20,000 bases of DNA from Seison nebaliae (taxonomy: Eukaryota). Shown in pieces: positions 13,158-20,000 of this stretch. Position 1 is the stretch's first letter. Each line of letters starts with the position of its first letter. Where the stretch lies: the NCBI GenBank assembly GCA_023231475.1, contig JALJEE010000060.1, positions 44,469-64,468 of the forward strand, read 5' to 3'. The notes beneath the pieces were generated by a model. It saw only the letters and a list, made by a program, of their open reading frames with translations, was not told the origin of the DNA and ran no database searches. The translations under genes and the position numbers were made by a program.

Positions 13158-13869
13158 TCATCTTTTCATTGGAATCGCATATTTCTCTGACCATTCTCTC
13201 GCTGCAAATAAATGAGATTGTGAAATGAATTAACAATTCCCAACCAGTTCTCAACGCTTTCTCCTGATTATTCTTCCATTCATTAGCAATTTGAACATCT
13301 AACGGATCATCAGCATTCGGTGCACTCATCAATGCTTGTATAGCTAATAAAACTGTTCGGATCTGTAGAGCTGGTGTCCATTTATCTAAATAAATTTTAA
13401 AATATATTTAAATTCAAAATTAAATAAATTCAAAAATATTATTATTAGATCGTTCAAGGAAAATTTTGATAAATTGAAAAAAAAAAACCTTTAAGAATGT
13501 CGAGACATATTCGACCCAATTTGTCAATATTAGGATGATAAATTTTAGTAAGGAATCGAACTTTTGGTGGATCCATCGGATATCTTTCTGGAACGAATAA
13601 TTCTAGTTCGAATTTCCTTTCTTCATATGGAGTCTATTGAAAATAATGAATTTAATAAGAGAAATGAATAAGGAAATGAGTAACTTGCATGGGTCCGTCT
13701 AAAACACATTTAAAGTGTCTCGCATTCTCTTCTGAAGGGACAGCGACTATACCTTCGATTGGTTCACTCATTAATCTCTGTGTTTCCTAAACATTTCAAT
13801 TGAATTGAATATGATATTATTGTATTTCGTACAAACCCGTACAATTCTCATTCCTAAACCATTTGCCAT
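13158..13869 (-). CDS. UBE2N: Ubiquitin-conjugating enzyme E2 N (Ubc13), 154 aa. Exons 13869-13837, 13786-13685, 13633-13489, 13385-13245, 13201-13158
   Basis: Hand translation: [24 protein letters not shown]...NARHF...[68 protein letters not shown]...AREWSEKYA. The HPN motif and catalytic Cys are intact. Missed by the ORF track because every exon is short. Confidence 0.97.
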
Positions 13870-14139
13870 TTTCTTCTATTCGAATGATCGATCGACGAAA
13901 AGTAAAACTAATTTGAATAACAATTATGTTTAGTGTTAAAATTTCCAACGACAACGAAATTCGTGAGAAATAAATAAATTTTTATTCCAAAATATTTTAA
14001 CGAATTTTTATCTGATATTCTAATTCTATAAAAATTTATTGAAAATATTATTTTTTAATTGAAATAATTGGCATCAATCTCTTTTATTTCTTTTAATTCG
14101 ATTTACGTAAATTTTTCAAATTTTTTTTCAAAAAAACCA

Positions 14140-17100
14140 TCATATTGGAAAATGTTTCTTATGTAACGGTGCCAATCGGATAATTGGTGCTTGCTCCAAT
14201 TTATGTCGTTGCGCTTCGATGTTTTGAATTCGAACATATCCTTTCCCTTCATAATAATCGTCGTCAATGAAACCGATTTCGAATGTCATGTTTGTCGTTA
14301 AATGTTTCGTTCTTTGTAGATACGTTCTAGTTGTGTGTTGTATTTGTTGAAATTTCGTCAATTTTTCCGGCTCTATCATCATTGTGGATCGAGGAGCTTT
14401 CGCTTTATGTTTCTCGTAAAGATAGTCGATATATTTCTGATCATGTGAGACAGATCTCTGTTTTGTGGCTTTGGAGTCTTTTGTATTTGAGAAGGTTGAA
14501 AATCGATTAGTCGTTTCAGATAGCATAGTAGCTGACATTGATGTAGCCATCGTGACAACTTGTGATGCAGAAAAACCTTCTTGTGCTAATTGACCGTCCG
14601 TGTGCACATAATCTTCTAATGATGAATAAGCATCATTTCCTTGATGGATGACACTTTCGAATAAATTTATTAGACTTCCACTTCCCAAAACATTATCACA
14701 TCGTCCCCATTGATTGAGATTTGTAAAATTAATATTCTCATCAGGATTGGGAACGGTATTCGGTCGAATTCTTTCGCGACTTGTCGGAGCGACCTAAAAA
14801 TGAAATTTATTTTTTAAAAAAAAATCATTGAATTTTAAACTAGAATTAATATGGAAGCACATTTCTCTGATTCAAAAAATGATTTGAGAATATATTCCAT
14901 TTGCTCCGTCGTCGTATAACGGACTTCTTCCAATTCTAATTCATTTCGATCGAAAATTTGATTCTTATGAACAATCTCTTGCCAATGATTGTTCACTTGG
15001 TCAGTGAGTACTTTATTCAAATTCAATTTCTGTGCGAATAATTGTTGAATCTTTCGTTAAACAAATTATGCATTAATTCTCCTTAATAATAGTGACTTCA
15101 GAAAAATATTAACAGATAAAGTAAAGATTTGTCTCACTTTACCAAACAGGATGTCATTCCGTAAAGATGAAATCGTTTCATCTACCGCTTTCCCCACACC
15201 ACTTAATCTGAATAAAAATAAAAATTTTTCAACAATTTTTAAAAAATTATTTAAATAGAAATAGAAGAAATCGAACAATGTCGGACTGTCTTTATAGATG
15301 ATGGTAATGGAGAAATGAATACGACCAGCATGTACAAATATACCGATGTTCATTGTTTGAATAACTAGTTGGAACTTCTTCACTAAATTATCCATCAACG
15401 GTTTCCTCATTAGCAGTCGAAGAATTTGGAGAGCCACAAAATTTTTAATTAATAATCCTCCAATTTGGAAAATTCGATGATAAACCGAATAACAGGAATC
15501 TTCATTTGGATTATTAACTCTGATATAATGTGTGGAACGTTTAGGTATTAGAAAATTTCTCTCCTAATTTTGAAAAGTTTCATAAAACTAAATAAAAATT
15601 AAGTGGAACGGGACGTAATCTATTCGAAGGTATTGGTGTCCTTTCGAATTCTATTAGGAGGAATTGTAGCAATCTTAATGCTTGCATTGGCAGAATATTT
15701 CCTTCAAATAGAACATCCACATAGAATTGAGAGAGGAAGTCACACATAAAATTGGTGAAAATGTCGAGATTGGCTAAAGGAAGAAATCGTTTTCTTTCAG
15801 ATAACGGCCAATAGTCGTTTAATAAAACTACGCATTCCAAATCACTGATAAAAAAAAATAAAAAATTAAGAAAATTATTTGAATAATAAAAAAAATGAAT
15901 GAATTTTAACCATATCATCAGTTGATAATTCTGATAACCTTTTTGATATAATTCACTCAGGAGATTCGCTCCATATTCATATTCCTCATACGTAGCAGTG
16001 AAGTTAGCTAACTCGGATATGATTTTAAAATATAAAACCTAAAAATAATGAGAAAAATTATATAGGAATTTAAAAAATTTTAAAACCGGTAGACTGTCGT
16101 TGAAACCACTAAATGTCAGTAAGAGACCAGATCGTCTTTGGAGAATTTTACAATGGAGATTACTTGATTGTGCTTGTTGAATGTGTGGTCGAATTCTCTT
16201 TCGGAAGATTAGAAAGAAAAGTTCGAACATACAAAAACTAAATAGGATATTTTTAGTTCGTCTCTTAAAAAACGAAAATAAACTTCAATGGAGAATCGTA
16301 GACAATAGGATGTTGAAAATGAAAACAATAGACAGCTTAAATTGAGATGTGAGAAAATTTTAAGTAATTTTAATGAGTGAACCTTTCGGTACTTTATATA
16401 TACTGTCCTTCACATAATAAGCACGATATCCAGTTCCTTCTTTTAAGATCACAGGAATGGTACTAGTTTCCACATTCTTCTCATAAATGAAAAAATTGCC
16501 CGCTGTATATAATGACTCACCCGGTGGCGAGAAATCAGGTCTCCGTCCAACGCCTTCCTTATAATCTTGATAAGAATACAAAAATTTCTTTAAAAAAAAA
16601 TTGAACGAGTCCAAAATTTCCTCCATCTCACCGGAATATCTGATAATGTTTGTTTATTCTCGAACACTGGTTCCACATCTTCACACGTTCCATCATAATT
16701 ATATGATTGGAGAGTTACATGAAAAGTATCGGAAGCCATATGGGCGAGAATGTCGACGATTAAATCTTCGTTACATTCAAATACTAATTGATCACCATCG
16801 ACGACATTTTGTGTTGGATAACTTTGCATGGAAATTGCCAAACGTCGAACTTGTTGCAATGGTGTTTCCTTTAAGAAAAATTTCAATTATGAAAATAAAT
16901 AAAGAATTAACACTTTCCGGAAATCGAAATCGAGTATCTCTTCTTCGCTTTATTCCTGAAAAAAACGGTTCCAATTCCTCTCTATGATCGGTCAGTGTTT
17001 GTAAATACAAAAGTATTGCACCTATCACTTTTGCCACATTTAATGTGCCTTGGTCGGTGAGTGTTAGAGACACGGAAATAAAACTACTAAGATCATTAGC

Positions 17101-18606
17101 TAATTGATCTTTAAAATCGATTTCCACACTCATATCACTGATGTAATTGGAAGTATGTAAATAAGACGACAATCCTTTATCGTGTTGACTCTCCAACAAA
17201 TCCTTCACATGAAGTAACGGTTTACTTTTCCAATAACCGTTTAAGTTTGGGAGAGCCCATGTTAATGTTAATCGATTAATCTTACTATGTGGAATAACTG
17301 CTAAGATGTTAGCTCGTTAAATATATCGAGATAGAACTTCTATGAAAAGTATTGAAATCTTTTTGTTTGAATTCGTGTTCTAATTCGTTATCTGTCGTTC
17401 CTTTCATATTATATTTCAACATACAAAAAGTATCCTCTACCCAAGTTTGCATAAGATCGAGTGAATCATAACCGAAAACAGTTAGTGTAATATTTAGAGA
17501 TGTATAATACTGTTGAAACCATTGATTAAGAACCATTCTTAGTTGGCTTAATTGCTTTTTTGAATTTAAGGAATCCGTCGAACCTTTAATAATTTTTTCA
17601 TTTTTAATTAATCCCAAAAACAATTTACTAACCGTAAAAGAATCGTTTGAGAACACAACTCCTATGTGCTAGTTGTAGAATACTATGTTGCAAGGCAATA
17701 TCATCCGAAGTTTTCGCAGTTTCATACTCCTGATCCAAAACATTCAATTGTTCTAATAGTCCATCCAAAGTGAATAACGGACTGACAAATAAATGCGCAA
17801 AGACGTCAAGAGCTTCGAATAAATGATCGTGATCGATATTGAATTCGAAAATTGTCTTGTCAAATTGAGTTTGAGCTTGAATCTTTCCATTATAGATGTT
17901 TATTAAGGTTTCCATCGAATGGGGTTTAGGATATTTTTTTGAACCCAAAAATATCACTAAACAAAAATTTAATTTATTTCTATATTAATATGTTAACTGT
18001 GTTCCACCAAATGAGCCATTCCAGGATATTCATTCGGATTATTCGAATGACCCGCATGGACAACTGCACAACAAGCAGCTTTTAATTCTCGAGATTCGAA
18101 ATTCTCCATCGGCAAAGCTGAATCAGTATTATGGGCAGCAAACTCTTCCTGTTGGTAAGATGACAGAGAAGTACCATAAGAAACTGTAGAATCTTTTAGG
18201 GATTTATAATCCATTTGATAAGTTTTATCATAATCATTCGTATCAGAATCATCATCACTTCCTGAATTATCGTCATCATCTATTTTCCCTAAACCTAAAA
18301 CATTCTGTTCAGTTGGTTTATGTATCAATAAAGCTCGAAGACCATTTCTTAATTGAATATAACTATAAAATAAATAATATTTAATTTCGAAAAAATTTTC
18401 AATAATTCTTACCGATACAATAGAGTATCATTCTCTGATTGGTTAATTATGTTATAGCCTTTCGATATATTAGGCCTCTCTCGACATTTATCTTCTTCTG
18501 AGGATCCTAAGATTATACTTGCTCCTTCAATTATTGTGTCTTCATAATGGGGAGCTTTTTCGAAAACCGTTGTACTCACTCCAGCTCTAAGTTTCGTGAA
18601 ATCCAT
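14140..18606 (-). CDS. Nardilysin-like M16A metallopeptidase, divergent, ~1256 aa. Exons 18606-18413, 18362-17998, 17956-17633, 17583-17338, 17297-16912, 16868-16607, 16565-16383, 16335-16284, 16237-16087, 16038-15911, 15844-15610, 15563-15277, 15207-15114, 15050-14841, 14793-14140
   Basis: YRYIQLRNGLRALLI, a nardilysin-type acidic insert (DDDDNSGSDDDSD), inverted zinc motif PGMAHLVEHMIFLGSKKYP, ALDVFAHLFVSPL, LTLTWALP, YKVPKA, SGFNDSLP, EGNI and WQEI...QIFDR. All 14 introns restore the frame; stop is TGA. Confidence 0.88.
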
Positions 18607-18896
18607 TTTCTTCTGAGCTAATAAAAATTGATTTTAATCTATCGAATATAGGATAATCGTTATTTCCGTTATTGAGCAGTTAAAAGACAAAATAAAATAA
18701 TAATGCTTTTAAACCATTATTATTTTTTCATGATTTCAGTAAATTAGAAGCGATTGAAAGTTTAGCTACTCAAATTTTGAGTTAATGTTTAATGTGTTTA
18801 GATTGTTTTTTTTCTACGAATGCTTTTGTTTTTTTGATATGGTTTATGTTTTTCCTGAAACTGAGATGAAAATTGTGAGATTCAAAATGAATGAAT

Positions 18897-19048
18897 GTCA
18901 TTATAATGAAGAATAGACGAAAATCTACTTACATTGAAATCTTTCACATGTCGTGAAGTTTAGATTTAATCAATTATCGATCACAACCGATTTCGAAATC
19001 GGTGTTATATCTGGTTTTCAAGAAACATTTCCATTATCCATATTTCAT
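18897..19048 (+). mobile_element. Degenerate Mutator-like (MULE) DDE transposase fragment
   Basis: One frame reads VIIMKNRRKSTYIEIFH (18897-18947). After a frameshift it continues VKFRFNQLSITTDFEIGVISGFQETFPLSIFH. This matches the MULE pattern 'alM...+...Y..vF ... i.tDFE.a...af...FP', which carries the second catalytic Asp. The CxxH motif is eroded and no TIRs were seen. Confidence 0.7.
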
Positions 19049-19262
19049 GCTTTGACGGGAATTTCTGAAGCTTGGACTCGTCGACAAGCACTTATTATGT
19101 GCGAAGGCATTATATTTAAGTTTCGTGAACGAAAATTTTATGACCAACGTTTTTCTTACAAACTTGCAAACATATAACTAGTTTGCTATTTTCAGAACTG
19201 AAAAGTTTTCTTGACACATTTTTTTCATTTCTTTTTGTTTGCTAATTCATATTCTGATTACA

Positions 19263-19760
19263 ATGGACATAAACGTTTATAAAACATCTTTGATGATAGG
19301 TAGGCGTAAGATTTTAAGATTGATGCAAACTTCTTCTAATTACAAAGTTGCTGGTTATCATAATGATGGTAATTTAGGGATTTGTGGTACGAATGTGTTG
19401 TTGGGAATGATAATGTCAAGCAAAATATTAATAGACATAATCCAATGTAAATATGAAAGTTATGAGAAGAATTTTAATGAAGAAATGGATAATGTTAGAA
19501 ATTATATTCGAGGACGAAGTATTCGGTTACCACCATTTGACATGTGTGCATCTGATGTGCTAATGATGGGTATCAGTTCCACATATAAGAATTTGACATA
19601 TCAAAGTCGATATGGTGTGATTGGAGATTATTGTATTGCTCTCGCCTATGAGAAAACAAGGAGAAATAGTGTGATAAATTTCCGCAACGACGAACCATAT
19701 GATATAATACGGAAAGAACTAACTATATATAAGGAATTGGTGAAAGGAGTTAACCTTTAA
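19263..19760 (+). CDS. Intronless orphan ORF (~165 aa from ATG 19263), possibly a truncated or pseudogenised gene
   Basis: An open frame of over 500 nt in very AT-rich DNA, with no recognised domain. Its frame continues past the TAA into a coding-like repeat. Confidence 0.45.
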   Translation: MDINVYKTSLMIGRRKILRLMQTSSNYKVAGYHNDGNLGICGTNVLLGMIMSSKILIDIIQCKYESYEKNFNEEMDNVRNYIRGRSIRLPPFDMCASDVLMMGISSTYKNLTYQSRYGVIGDYCIALAYEKTRRNSVINFRNDEPYDIIRKELTIYKELVKGVNL

Positions 19761-19896
19761 GGAGTAGTTAACCCATACTCATCGAAAAAGAAAGATGTTA
19801 ACCCTCTTTTCCCAAAGAAGAAAGAAGTTAACCCATTTTCCATGGAAAAAGGAAGAAGTTAACCCAGTATTCAATGGAAAAAGAAAGAAGTTAACC
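19749..19896 (+). repeat. Degenerate ~30-bp tandem repeat with core (AAAAAGAAAGAA)GTTAACC(C), six GTTAACC cores
   Basis: GTTAACC starts at 19749, 19767, 19797, 19827, 19858 and 19890 (spacings 18, 30, 30, 31, 32), with variable 10-12 nt segments between the conserved parts. Confidence 0.92.
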
Positions 19897-20000
19897 TCTC
19901 TGGAATTTTAGTTTAAGCAGAAAATGATAATCTATGTATATTTATAAGTTAAATAATAAAAATAATTCTTACATGGACAAATTATAAACATGGACAACAT

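Noticed and set aside
4494..13869. Functional ubiquitin cluster (LTN1 near UBE2N)
   Set aside because: Listerin is not an established Ubc13 partner, and two unrelated genes lie between them.
14035..14088. AATAAA poly(A) signals downstream of genes
   Set aside because: Present on the minus strand (14083-14088, 14035-14040) but too frequent in DNA this AT-rich to assign without 3'-end data.
16020..16086. Intron start GTTTTAAAATTTTTTAAA resembles the next exon start GTTTTATATTTTAAA (intron gain by duplication?)
   Set aside because: Short low-complexity AT match, plausible by chance.
1669..16987. Plus-strand ORFs in the track (1669, 1898, 2037, 2698, 5564, 5747, 7479, 10382, 12327, 16601)
   Set aside because: Antisense shadows of well-supported minus-strand exons, with no recognisable motifs.
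1..18606. Alternative genetic code or pseudogenes as the cause of ORF fragmentation
   Set aside because: Short GT..AG introns restore every frame, and TAA, TAG and TGA each end a conserved gene at the expected position.
19749..19896. CRISPR-like appearance (conserved repeat plus variable spacer)
   Set aside because: Variable parts are only 10-12 nt and resemble each other, no cas genes are present, and the context is eukaryotic.
19971..19997. Short direct duplication ACATGGACAA x2
   Set aside because: Only two 10-nt copies at the window edge; cannot be interpreted.

Overview
Very AT-rich, gene-dense eukaryotic DNA, most likely from an animal with a compact genome. The standard code fits: TAA, TAG and TGA all end genes. 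The ORF track is fragmented by tiny introns, mostly 40-70 nt. Splicing by hand gives six consecutive minus-strand genes, about 170-285 bp apart. In transcription order they are: a divergent nardilysin-like M16A metallopeptidase (15 exons), UBE2N/Ubc13 (5 exons, absent from the ORF track), a secreted PqaA/AprA-family alpha/beta-hydrolase (10 exons), an orphan acidic/basic protein (2 exons), listerin/LTN1 (4 exons), and a ZU5-UPA-death-domain (DTHD1/PIDD-like) gene that runs off the left edge. The right end holds a frameshifted MULE transposase remnant, an intronless orphan ORF and a degenerate ~30-bp tandem repeat. The strongest signal is the splicing grammar. 35 of 37 reconstructed introns start GTT with no consensus at +4..+6 (normally GTRAG), and 10 of 36 resolved acceptors are AAG, which suggests a rewired spliceosome. 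The tight same-strand packing, with AG acceptor-like sites just before most start codons, raises the possibility of an operon processed by trans-splicing. All family calls come from motif recognition by eye; no searches were run.
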